DNA of 63,447 nt, the filler included, from Reticulomyxa filosa (Eukaryota > Protista > Foraminifera): the NCBI GenBank assembly GCA_000512085.1. It is 19 parts of 19 records of this genome, joined end to end, with 100 filler letters (N's around TTAATTAATTAA, not from the genome) between each part and the next. Parts side by side here need not be neighbours in the genome. Positions count along the whole stretch, not along the records: positions 39,870 to 44,324 come from ASPP01012592.1; positions 44,425 to 45,424 come from ASPP01045579.1; positions 45,525 to 47,451 come from ASPP01026471.1; positions 47,552 to 59,031 come from ASPP01022586.1; 15 more parts are not named here. One strand, written 5' to 3'. A program made the position numbers and the translations under genes. Within the stretch, counting starts at the first letter, position 1. Each line of letters begins with the position of its first letter. Under the pieces are notes generated by a model that saw only the letters and a program-made list of their open reading frames with translations, had not been told where the DNA came from and made no database searches. Shown here one piece after another: positions 40,137 through 52,569 of the stretch.

Positions 40137-42812
40137 TTACTGCACCGTGCCAAAAGATTGAGACACTTGCACTCTCTTTCCGAGTACAAACTTGCTCAAA
40201 AATGCTCGCAAAGCACTCTTGTATGCGGCACTGTTGTGTGTTCCAGGTTCTGAAATTAACATCTCGTACAAATGATTACAATCCTCTTTGCGCACATTAG
40301 GTATATTGGAGAAGACAGATATTATTTCTGTGCTTAAGGACTTATCCATACATTCAAATATGGTCTAGCCATTCACAAACCACATAAACAAACAAAAGTT
40401 GTTATGATAACGCTATATATGTACGATAGAAGATATCAAACATACTTGCGCTAAAGTTACAAATTGGACAAATAATATATCGTCAGTGGTTTTAGAGACA
40501 GCTTGAATGAGAGATTGTAAAACGGTAACAACATGACGATAACAGGGCTTAATCTTGTGAATCCCAACTAATTTCATCAATTTGCTGATCAGTAAACAGG
40601 CTTTGATATTGACACTGCTGTCACTCCATTGCAGGGAATTCCTCAAACCGTCAAGCGTGATTGTACTTAGTTTTTCATCCAATAAAATAGTTTTACAAAA
40701 CTGTTCTTGTCGTGTCATAACATGTGATTTGGCTGAAGCAGACTTGCCAATTTCTTCTTCTTCCGGTTCTGGTGTTGGTTTCTGTTTTTTGTGAGCCTCG
40801 GATTTGTTTGATTTTGTACCGATAGCATTTGAGTGAGATTTTATATCTTGTATTGCCATAAAGCCTTTTTCATTGGGACTAATGCACATTGTGGTTAGCA
40901 ATGTCATCCATTGGATGGAAACCTCTCGCAGTGCTCGATCTTCAAATATTTCATTTTTTAGTTTGTGATTAGTTTTTTTGGTGTCAGTGTTATCGGCATT
41001 ATCACTTACAGTTGCTTTCCATTTGGCACAAAGCATTCCAAAATATACATTAAATAAGGGAAGCAAGATCGTGTCCTTCATTTCATCATAATATCTGATT
41101 TCGCACAAATGCAATAGTGGCATGAAGCAATGTTTTAGGAGAATAAAATACTGAGTTAATGGTAGCGAGGTGGGTTGATAGAATATGTATTCCTTAATCC
41201 AAGAAGAGACATTGAAGTTTTTTTGGACAAATTGAAAAAATTCGGAACCAAAATAGGTGCCCAATGCAATAAATCGACAAATATAATCCCTCATGGTAAT
41301 TAGCCAAATGACAATTTTTTCCAATGTCATTACTTTCGTTGGTTTCTTATCCGCAGGCACTCGTTTATATTCATTGAAATCCAAATTTAACAAATTGTAT
41401 AGAGACTCAACATTGATTGCAAAAGATATCGGTTGATATTCTGAACCAAGCATCGCATTAAAATCTTTTGTATACACATAATTTAGCATTTTCATCATGC
41501 CCAAAAGAATTGGGAACATACGTTGATAAATAGGCCATGATATCGAAGTATCATTCTCATTGTTTGTCGACTGTGAATCCTTCATCTCGGGAACATTTGG
41601 GACAAACAAATCTTTGACTTTTTTGTCATTCTCTTTCAACAAACTGGCTAAAAGTGTTGATTCCAGTGTTTCTGTTAGAACACGTAAATGGTACATATAA
41701 CGAAGATCACCATTTGGGCTTGTTCCGCCATTCGACTGTACTTTTAATTATTTGTTTACATATGATCGACGTGCCTTTTGAGAGTTTGGAAGACAAAACA
41801 GAAAAAAACAATCAAAAATTTGGTTTAAAATATAAACTTCTCGTATTGGAAATTGGATCTTTTTTGCAAACACGTTCGGATTGTTGAAAATGCTTTTGAA
41901 TTTGTCACTTTCAAAAGTATGAATGACTTGAGTCAGTAAACGATAGAAGAAGTTTTTGCGATCACTACGATTTGTTAAACCATTGCTAATGCATGTCAAA
42001 AATTCCAACAAATGAGCAACGGGATTTTCAGTAATTTCATACACTTCGCAGTATATTATCCCGCTGCTCTTTGTCGTTGTTGTTGCTGTTACTGTTGTTG
42101 TTGTTGTCAATGCTTTTGGTTCACATATATTTTGTTCCATCCATTCGATTATCTTCACTGCTTCTTTTTGTAAATCTGCCAGCAATGGCACGGATTCTTT
42201 TCTTAATTCCTTGGCCAATGACAACTGTACATATATGTATATATGATAAAACTTGTCCCTGTTCAAAATCACGCTTCCATGTGAAGCAGTGTGATGAATT
42301 TAGACAAATGGCTCAATACACACCATGACATGGCAGATTTTACGTTTGTTGGATATCGCGTTCAATCTGACGTCGTAACTGTCGGGAGCACTTGGATTTA
42401 AAGGCAGCTTTTTTTTCAGTTGACCTAACAAATAAAAGTAGCATTGGCTCAAATAGTCTTTTTTACGACGATATAGTGGTGCAAAGTATTTCAGTAAGTC
42501 GTAATATCGAGTGGACAGTTGAGTGTCTTCAATCCATTCACCGTCACCACTCTTGCGGACACGTTGAAAAATTTGATCGTATGCTGAAAGCAGTGATTCA
42601 TTTGTATCCAGAATGTGTTCCGGGAGTTTGATTTTTGACGTATGCTTAAGCGAATGTGTTCCCTCTCCCGTCACGTCGTGTAAATCTCCAAATGCGAGTT
42701 TAAATAGTGAACACAAGCCATCCAGTTGTATGTACAATGAGTTTTCAATTGTGCAATGTCCAATCGAATTCTCTTTGTGTTGCATATACACGTATGTATA
42801 CATATACATATA

Positions 42813-42845
<33 letters not shown>

Positions 42846-44319
42846 TCATGAAAAAAAAAACAACATCAAGCCTACCAAACGAATGAAATAAAGTTTAACT
42901 ATGTTGCTTGTCTGGCTTTGCATGAGTAAAAAGACTGTTGGTATATTCGCCAATGATGCGAACACAAGCAAGAGGTGTGAGCACTAGCAGTTGTCCAGCA
43001 ATTTTGTGAACAGTGGAAATCAACAGCCCATGATCTCGATGGAACATATTGTCATCGTCATAGTCCCGAACGTGATAGCTCTGCGAGCCAAAGTGTCCAA
43101 TTACAAATCGAAACAACTGTGCCAGCATTCTTTCTCGGATCTCCTCTTTCTCGGCCATCAACTTCATCACCGCATTATCGCCAATTATGTAGGACCAAAC
43201 ACCCATGGCATGAAGGCGTACATCTGGTGCATGTGATTCCATTGCCAACTGTAGTAATCTCAAAAGCTGTTATTCATTCATTTTTTTTTTTTTTATTAAG
43301 TAGTTAGTTACACGTTTGCAAGATGGGGTTGTATACCCTTCAAAAAATAAAACAAGATAAAAGATTGAAATATATTGTATTTTTTCCAAAAAAATTAATT
43401 TTTTTTTTTTTTTAAAAAAAAAAGAAAACAAAACAACAACAAAACAGCGACAATCGAACTTCCGTTTTCATGGTGTCATAGCAATTCATTTGTAGGAAAT
43501 GATGGAACAATTTCAAAAACCGAGCAATCACTTCCAAAACTCGAACCAACTCATTATTGGACGACATCTTTTGTTGAGAAGAGAGTCGCAGCAAGTTCAG
43601 TGCAGTTAGAATCAATTTTTGCCACGTTTGCATTAACACTTTTTCTTCAGTCGTTTCTTTATCCTGTTACATATGCACATATGTATATATATATACATAT
43701 ATATAATATATACATATATACACACATATGCATATATATGTATATATTAATGATTGGTTTTGATTTGATTTTAAACTGCATGAAAAGGCGAAATTTCAGT
43801 GAATTTACGATTCAAATAATTCTCCAGACACTCCATAGCTAATGTAAACCACGAGTTTTCGTGTAAGATTGGATTGGAAGAAGACCTGGTCTTGCAAAAC
43901 TTATCGACGTCACACCAAACAATTTGGGCCAAAGCGACAAGGAGCTCTGCTCGAGTGACTGCGGCGAATGGGAAATATCTTAAAAAAAAAGGCAAGCATT
44001 GCAACAGTGCGATCAGTAACATTCTGTCGGCTTCTTTGTTTCCTCCACTTGGAGAAAACACGTTCGGACACACGCCCTTCATCAATTTCACCCACAATTC
44101 TATTAAATTTTTGTGACAATCAATCAGCCCTTGTTTGATTTCTTTCTTTCGATTCATCGATATTTGATACACTTCGTCCAACGAGTATTCTCCGATTTCT
44201 CGCAATATTATCAGTGTCATCTCAGTGCACAAATACTGTTTTTTATGTTTTGACAATTTTTCAACCTTGCATATAATTAATTCAAGGAAAACCAATTTTT
44301 TATTTCCCCTCTCCCACAC
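40137..44319 (-). CDS. Exportin-5 (XPO5/Msn5/HASTY)-like karyopherin, multi-exon, 5' truncated
   Basis: TEMTLIILREIGE...NRKKEIKQGL (Xpo1 domain); MFPILLGMMKMLNYVY; LRNSLQWSDSSVNIKAC; C-terminal FSNIPNV...YKSALRAFLSKFVLGK. Long all-helical HEAT-like protein. Confidence 0.72.
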
Positions 44320-44469
44320 CCCCCNNNNNNNNNNNNNNNNNNNNNNNNNNNNNNNNNNNNNNNNNNNNTTAATTAATTAANNNNNNNNNNNNNNNNNNNN
44401 NNNNNNNNNNNNNNNNNNNNNNNNAAAAAAAAAAAAAAAACACCAAAAAAAAAAAAAAAAAAAAAAAAG

Positions 44470-44975
44470 TTAAACTTTAAATGATGGAGTTTGGAGTGGT
44501 CAATACAATTTTGCTTGTTACAATAACGATGAATATTGGAGGCATACAGCACGCAGCCTTGAGAATAACTGACGCAATGGGTGTCCACGGCATGCAGCCA
44601 CTCCTTTTTTTGTTCGTATCTTTCCATGCGCTTTTGCTCTTGGAATTGAAACTTGCTCGAGTTCTTTTGGTTCAGCAATCCTTTCTTTCGCCTTATTATA
44701 ATGTGCTCTTTTTGTGGCATTTTTCGTCCTTTGTTCTTTATGTGTCTTTTCACTTCGCTTTCACTCGCTCCCATATGTCCTCGTATTTCACGCTTTCTTC
44801 GCGCTTTGTGATGCTTTGCTTGCAGTCCCGATCGCAACACGCGCTCGCCCTTCTGCTTCTTTTGTGATTGCTTGCGGTGACGATTCTTCCATCGCTTCAT
44901 CACAAACTGGCTCTCGTACTTGCTCGACTGTATCTTTGGTCGTGCCAATGACTCATCCTCCCAGTTTAGCTCCAT
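44470..44975 (-). CDS. Hypothetical basic (Lys/Arg-rich) protein, first exon
   Basis: ATG-initiated open frame of about 165 codons, GC-richer than flanks, running into a poly-T stretch at the contig end. Confidence 0.4.
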
Positions 44976-45649
44976 TTATGCTACTCGAATAACTAATTCA
45001 CACAAATGTGGAAAATTTACAAACAAAAAAAAATTTCACCAAATAAAAAAAAAGTTTGAGAGTTTGTAGTCAAAAGAGGAAAAACCCCCCCTTCGTTTTC
45101 TGTTTACAGTCCTCGACAAAAAAAATTTTTTTGTACTTTCTTCAAACAAATTTGTAATGGCCATTCCAAACAATATCATGATATTATATTTGACGTTATA
45201 GTCTTTTCTAGTTTTATTGGATTAAAGCGAATATCTACTCAACTTATTTCTGTTATCAACGTTGTCATATTATTTGTTTATCTGTAGGTTAAGTCCCTAT
45301 TAATTCTCAAAGAACTTGGAACCTCCAGTGGGCTAGACTCTTACAACAACACACTTTCCCTTTTCTTATTTTCGTTGTATTCTTTGTTTTTGTGAATTAT
45401 TTTTATTTAATTAGTTTCATTTTANNNNNNNNNNNNNNNNNNNNNNNNNNNNNNNNNNNNNNNNNNNNTTAATTAATTAANNNNNNNNNNNNNNNNNNNN
45501 NNNNNNNNNNNNNNNNNNNNNNNNCTTTTCTTCGCTTCCTCCAGGTGTTTTTCCTAGACAAATTAACAAATTGTCACGGAACAAACAAATAAATATTTCA
45601 AAAACAACGGAAAAGATACAATTGCCTTCATTTTGTGTCATTACGCCGG

Positions 45650-46326
45650 CGATGTCGTATATATGATGTGAAAAGAACAAGGATGAGTTGGATAGAGGTT
45701 TATTGATAATATTGGACAAATCGAAAGAGCCACGTGATTCGAGTTTTGTTCCTGAAAGGATATCGGAGATATGATTGCAGGACAGCAAAAAGCAATATTG
45801 AGTTTGCAATTGGGTGCCTTGATGACAACCTTGCAGCAATGCAATCTCATTACATTCGACAAAGTAAGCCGAATGAAGACAAAGAGCCACTGTACTTTGT
45901 GCAACGAAGTTGCTTTGAACAACTCACGTATTTAAAATCCGTAAAGCAAGATTTCCATTGCGTTTGAAACATGGAAAATTTGCTGAAAGATACAAGTGCA
46001 TCTTGGAAGATGCTGGGCGAACAGGATGCACAAACATTGTCAAATTTTTGAACATGAAGCGTGAAATATTAGAGAGATATAGTGCAAAATGATGATGTTA
46101 TATCTTGCTGGATGAACATAAAATAATAGAATTAAAGCGCTCCATCATCATGAACAAACGAAAAATGAATGAGACATTGGAAGAATTACTCGATGAACCA
46201 GAACTATTGTTTGAAAGATTGGCAAGAACAGTAAGAGCGTGTCGACGATACATTACTTTGCCATTGTCAGGAAAAGTGCGAAAATTACTTGCACAATACG
46301 TTGAGCCGCGAATAAATGACAAATAG
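45650..46326 (+). pseudogene. Degraded coding-like sequence, family unknown
   Basis: Short helical-looking + strand ORFs (45734-45967, 46105-46326) interrupted by stops and frame changes without clear intron signals. Confidence 0.3.
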
Positions 46327-47551
46327 AACTAAAATGATAACAATCATAAATATCAATCCTGTCTATCAATGACATTCTCCATAATAAATCATAATCTATT
46401 TGAATTATAAAAAAAAATTTGATACAAATAAAATGTTTTGTTCAAAAAAAAGAAAGAAAACATTCAACAAAACAAGACCTTTCGACTAGTGTGGTGTAGA
46501 ATGTTTGTAGTCTGCAAAAGTGCAAAATAACGAAATGAACAATTGTCATCAACACTTTTATTATATATCTTTCTTTCATAATGATATTCCTACGTTATTT
46601 TCTATCTTTTTTCTCTTGATGACATAACAAAAGTAAATTTTATCTGCCTTGTTATTTAGTGCTAAAAAACGAGATGACTATCACTAGGCCTTTTGCTATT
46701 GTATTTTCAAATTAAAGAATATCTTTTGGAGAGCATTTGATGTCATATGGTAGAAGTTATTTTTTCTACTATAAGTTAAAACTGGTCAACAACGATCTTC
46801 AATTTGAAACATTAATTTTCGAAAAAGTTTCTATTGTAAAAAAATGCAAAAAATTTGTTTATAAAAATTGGATTATAATTTTTTAAAAGTTAGCCCATTG
46901 TTTGAGTTTTTCTTCACTGACAAAAACTGTTTTTTGTTAGTCTCTTTTTTTGTAAGTGTTTAACTGTTTTTTTTTTGTTTTTTTGTCTTAAAACAAGTTG
47001 TATTGACAAGGATAAGCCCGTATCCTTAGTCATATGTTTTTAAATAATTGGTTTTTTTGCGGAAATGCGGGTGTAATTGAGGTAACGTATTATTTTTGTT
47101 AAATTTGAATTTTGTGAAAAAAAAATTATAAAAAAATCTCATTCTAATGAAGTCCGAAAAAATTATCTATCCCTTTGACTCAGTCGTAAGAGAAAATATT
47201 CTTTATAAAAGAAAAAAAACAAAGTCAACAATAAAATAAATAGGTTTACGCTGTTTCGAACAAACGGCAAATTTTTTTCCCAGTAAATGCCTGTGAAAGC
47301 TTCAATTGCTTTAAATACTAGTCCTAAAAAAAATTTAACTAGTCAAGAAAGAGTTGGCTGGTCACGAAAAATTTTTAATAAAACAAAAAGCTTTTTTTCC
47401 AACGAATAGATCCCGATATTTTGCTGGAAAAAATACTCCATTTGATAATAGNNNNNNNNNNNNNNNNNNNNNNNNNNNNNNNNNNNNNNNNNNNNTTAAT
47501 TAATTAANNNNNNNNNNNNNNNNNNNNNNNNNNNNNNNNNNNNNNNNNNNN

Positions 47552-48115
47552 GGAGGAGGAGGAGGAGGAGGGCATTTTCCTCATGGCCGTGACCCCTCTT
47601 CCCAATCCCATTCATTGTATGCCTCACAAGCACGTACAAGTCATTTGGCCTATATGCAAGCACACCTACAACACCAGCAACAGCAGTATGCCCATAACTC
47701 CTCTCATGGGTCATTGCCAGGTCATATTCATCCCTATGCACACATGGGACATGGAACCAGTGGAAATACAGGAGGACAAGGACAAAACATGTTGGTCAGT
47801 CCTCGCGGAATGGTTTCGCCTTCTTCGACTGGGGGAATCGGCGTCGGGAAGACCGGTATGAAAGTACCCAATGAAATGCGACCCAGCTCCAATCGAATGG
47901 TTGCTGATCAAAATTACAAAATGGTGTCGCATGGTGGCGGTCCTAACGCTGGTAGTACCAAGTATCTCGTCACCAATCAGGGCCAGGTGCCGACCACTCG
48001 AGGAGATACCCTTCGATGGCAACCACAAGAAATGTCTGGGACTCTGTCCAATGACGACATGGACAACGACAACGATCTCGACTTTGAACATAACCACAAT
48101 CACAACCACAATAAC

Positions 48116-48156
<41 letters not shown>

Positions 48157-50424
48157 CCATATGATGATGCCTGGAGCTATTACGGAGCCACCCAACAGTG
48201 GTGGAAACAGACTTGGAAAAAGTTTATACAAAAAAACAAAATATACATATACATATATTGTATACATTATATGTATATATATAGTGTGTATGTTTTGTAA
48301 CTCTTGCACAGATGAATACGAAAGTGGTGAAAAGAGTGTACAAGAGCAACAAATATTATCTCAGCCAAAAATGTCGTCGAATCAAGGAACGTACCCTAGC
48401 CAAGGACGAATGCGAGAGAATGTGAATTTGACGAGTAGTAGTGGTGGACCGATTATGTCTCCTCCGCACATGTATGGAAAGCAGCCCTTACAACAAATGC
48501 CTACCTCATTGCATCCACGCACGGCTATGCAGCCGCATTACAACAATCCCCAGCAGCAAATGATGAGACCCCCTGGATATGAAAAAGCCAAGCCTTATGA
48601 ACCTTACAGGCAATTTCCTTAACCCAAAAAAACATATTTTGTTGTTGTTTATTTTAAAAAAAAAAAAACAAACAACTTATCTCTGTATAACTGTATATAC
48701 ATAAATGATCCAAAAAAAGTGATGAGAACCAAAATGCATTGGCAGCACAAGCAATGAAGGACAACATGGACATGCGACAGTACGAGTATTGGCGGGCTCA
48801 AAACCGCGGGAATGACACGCTTGTGGGGGTATCATCGCCCCCCAACACAAACAATGCGTATGTCGGTGGGGTGTCTTCGGACCCTTCCACGCTGCATATG
48901 AACCCGGGCGCTTTGCATCACGGACTAAGCCCTTCGGCTGCCGATGGCTTAAGTGCAATGCCGCAAAGTGGACACAAATCTGTTTCGCGAAATTTCGGAA
49001 CGCCAAAGCCGGAAGATATTGACCCCGAGTTTACGAATTCGTCAGACTATGTCCGCTACCAACGCTGGGAGTTACTGGAATCCGCCAAACGATGGCTGCC
49101 CGGGGAAGGTACCATTATCACATGGAAAGGCTTTTGTTATGTCATTGGCGCGCCCATCCACATGGGCATGAATGGACATATCCATCTCTGCTATCGTTAC
49201 AAATTGCCCGAACGTGAAAAAGTGTCGCCGGAAGGAGAGCCTAATGGTTCCACAGACAGTACTAACGCCAATAGCGATAACAAGTCCAATCACGCCTTGA
49301 AAATTCACAAAGAAAGACGTGGCAACTGTTGCCGCCAAAATTGTCCCTAACACTTCTGCCTTTGCTCGAGAAATTGTCATACTCAGAGATTTGCAAGTTA
49401 TTATTTTTTCTTTTGAAGTGGTTTTTATTCTATTATTGTATAAATGTACGTACGTATGCAATTCATCTTTTTTTTTTTATTAAAAAAAAAAAAGGGTAGT
49501 GAAAATGTGACGACGTTGTACGATGTACTGGAATCCAAACGTACATTGATATCGATACTGGAACTAGCAAAAGCGGATGTGTACCATTTCTTTGTGGGGC
49601 GTGAAGCCAGTCGACATGGATGGTCTTTGGAAAAACCGGCTGTGAGAGAAGCTTTTGCAAGGATGGTAGTAACCAATGCTGTGCAAGGATTGAAGCAAAT
49701 GCACGATAAAGGATATTTGCATTGCGATTTAAAATCTTTAAATGTTCTCCTGTACATCTACAAACATCATAACGCAAAAAAACAAGGTGGAGTTTTCATG
49801 AAAGCTAAATTGACTGATTTTGGACATTCCTCCAAAGGAATTCATCGGACTGCTGAAGCCACTTTTGGAAACGGTTTTTTGTTTGTTTGTTTTTTTTTCG
49901 CTCTTTCCTTCCTTCCACAATAAGAAAAATCATTGTTTTAATATAGGTTAAATTTTTGTGTTTGTGTATGCGTGTGTATGAATTTCTTAGGGATGGCGCG
50001 TGTTGGCACTGCTGGACATGTGGCTCCAGAATTATTTAAAGAAGGCACGGCTTGCGATTATAAGATTGACATATGGTCGTTAGGAATTGTGATGTTTAGC
50101 ATGTTAGTGCCAGGAAGATTGTTGTTTGGCGAATACACCAATTTGGAAAGCTTGCAAAAAGCATACGATGCATTAAACAAAATGAACCCTTGGAGTAATC
50201 AACAAAGACCAAAATGGTGGACTGATTTTGAACGTCTCTCTCCAGAAGCAAGAGATTTGATTTTATGGATGACTCGATTCAATGCCGAAGAAAGACCAAC
50301 TGGTGAGCAAATTATGAGACATCCTTGGTTCCAAATTTCTATGGGCAATTTAAAACCGGGACAATATCGCCCTAAGCTGAAATATGTTGACATGTTGTGC
50401 TCTTCTTCAATTGCTCAAGAATAA
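47552..50424 (+). CDS. Ser/Thr protein kinase (non-RD) with long Gln/Asn/Pro/Met-rich N-terminus, multi-exon, 5' truncated
   Basis: VAAK, REIVILRDLQ, HCDLKSLNVLL, LTDFG, GTAGHVAPE, DIWSLG, RPTGEQIMRHPW. One frameshift at about 49313-49315. Confidence 0.9.
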
Positions 50425-51155
50425 ATCTCGATATTTCTCATTGTTTTCCCTCTTTCATGTGCGTTACTGAAAAAAAAATTTGTGTGTTGGTTAGTTGGGA
50501 ATTGTCTTTTTCAATTTTATTTTTGTTTTTTTTTAATGACGAAATGCAATTTTTTTTTTTTGAGTTTCTATTGTGTTTTTTTGTGATTTTTCCTCAAAGC
50601 TTTTTTTTTTTGTCTCCTTGCAAATATCACATGTTTTTAAGTATTGTCATACATGAAAATGCTTCGAATATGTGATTTGATTGATTAAGCGTTTCGAATT
50701 GACTTCGGTTAAAATTTTGTGTATTTGTGTTTATGTGAGATTTTTCTTAACTTTTTTGCAATTACCATTGAAACCTTCTGTCCCTGCCCTTTTTTCCTCC
50801 TCCTTTTAGAGTTCTGCTGCCTTGAGTTAACAGGTTTGTTATTCCACTTTTAAATTTTTGTTTTGCTATTAATAGTGAAAAATTACATAGTGTGCTTAAG
50901 ATACGACTGTTATCACTGTTTCAAATCTTGCGTTATGGGGGACAGCCTTAAAAAATCGCTAATTGAAATTAACTGCTTCCAAAAATTTTTTTTTCAATAT
51001 TTGCTCATTAATCAAACAAATGAATTTAATCAACAATGAAAAATCAAAACTGAGCCGCATTCAAAAAACGTAACAAGTTATAAACAAAATCGTTGTTTAT
51101 TTGTTATATTTTTAGATTCATTGGGCATTTAAACAGCCCTATAATCGCAAAAGCT

Positions 51156-52358
51156 TTAATCTTTTGCCTTTTTCTTATTGACAACACCTACATCGATAAT
51201 TGGGAAAAACAACCAATCACAAATCCACGCAGGACAATACGCACCTATCAAGTAAATTATCGAAGCAATTATTGACGGACGATACCATTTTCGCGGCATG
51301 TAGCTTGACAAACCAGCAACAATCGCACCGATAACGTGTGAATTGCCTTGCTCGGTCAAAGAGTCTACCATCTTTGTGCTTTCAACATGCATTTGCAAAT
51401 ATACATCTTCCCTATTTTTATTTCATATGTGTACATATATATAGTTACAAATAACAGAGACAAAAAAGCGGAGGATTTCTTTGTTTTTATTATTTAAAAA
51501 TTATTTAGAAAAGAAGCAAAGCTGATAAATAGATTGGAGATCGGGAGACAATTCCTTTTCAAAAATTTGTTTGACAAGTTGAGTTTCTTTGGATTTAGTG
51601 ACCATAGCACTGGAAGTGAATTGCGGCTCTACTGTGCATGCCCATATACCGAATAATGATTGTAACTCAATGCGAATTGAATCAGTGAATGCAATTGCAC
51701 CCGCCTTACTTATCGAGTAGCAGGAAATTGACGGACCGATAAGCCTTCCAGCAACACTGCAAATGTTAACAATGCGCCCACGTGTTCCTCGGTGCAATAC
51801 CCACTGCTTACATATGGTAAGCAGCAGCTGCAGAAATTGCCGTGGTGTCTGCCTCGTTTCAAACGTATCCCTACGCATGAGAGGTATGCAATAGCGGGTT
51901 AGTGTTGTCATTCCAAATAAATTTACATTGATCACATGATTAAAGCGATGCAATGGGATACATTCAAACAATCCCCATTCGGCTACTCCGGCATTGTTCA
52001 CTAATCCATACAAATTTGTTTTCCTTTGTTGTAATACCTTGGACGTCTCCTTTATCACGGCTTCAACGTCTTCTTTTTTTGTTATATCCATTTTTAATAC
52101 GACGTTTGGGGTATCTTTAAATTCCTCGTTCAATTTTTTTACCCCATCGTCTGTATAACAGGTCGCAATCACCACTACTCCTTCTTTGCGCAAGGCTTCC
52201 ACTGTCGAATAACCAAAGCCTCCTGCGTCGCAGCCTGTCACCAACACCACCTTATTTTTAAGACTTTTTCGAAATAAAGAGTGATACGAAATAATCTGGA
52301 ATACCACAAACCCACATAGCCATACACAAAAGAAAAGAAAGATTATATTATTTATCAT
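51156..52358 (-). CDS. Short-chain dehydrogenase/reductase (retinol/17beta-HSD/BDH1-like), 2 exons
   Basis: N-terminal TM anchor; VLVTGCDAGGFG; LYGLVNNAGV; GRIVNICSVAG; catalytic YSISK. Confidence 0.9.
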
Positions 52359-52569
52359 TTTTTTAATACTAACTTTTTTTAAACAGTTTCTTTTTGATTG
52401 AAGTATTAAAACTAAAGTTAAAAAAATTTACTTTTTTGTCGTAAAGCAATGGGAAAATTTGGTGAACTTAGACTATCACGAGAAAACAGCCAACTAAAGA
52501 GTTTTAAAATTATGAGGGCTAAGTTCGTAAACATAAAAATAAATAAAGAAATTAGAACAGAATAATAAT
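52359..52569. promoter_or_regulatory. Candidate bidirectional promoter between SDR and BBS4
   Basis: Divergent start codons separated by only about 210 nt of AT-rich DNA. Confidence 0.4.
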
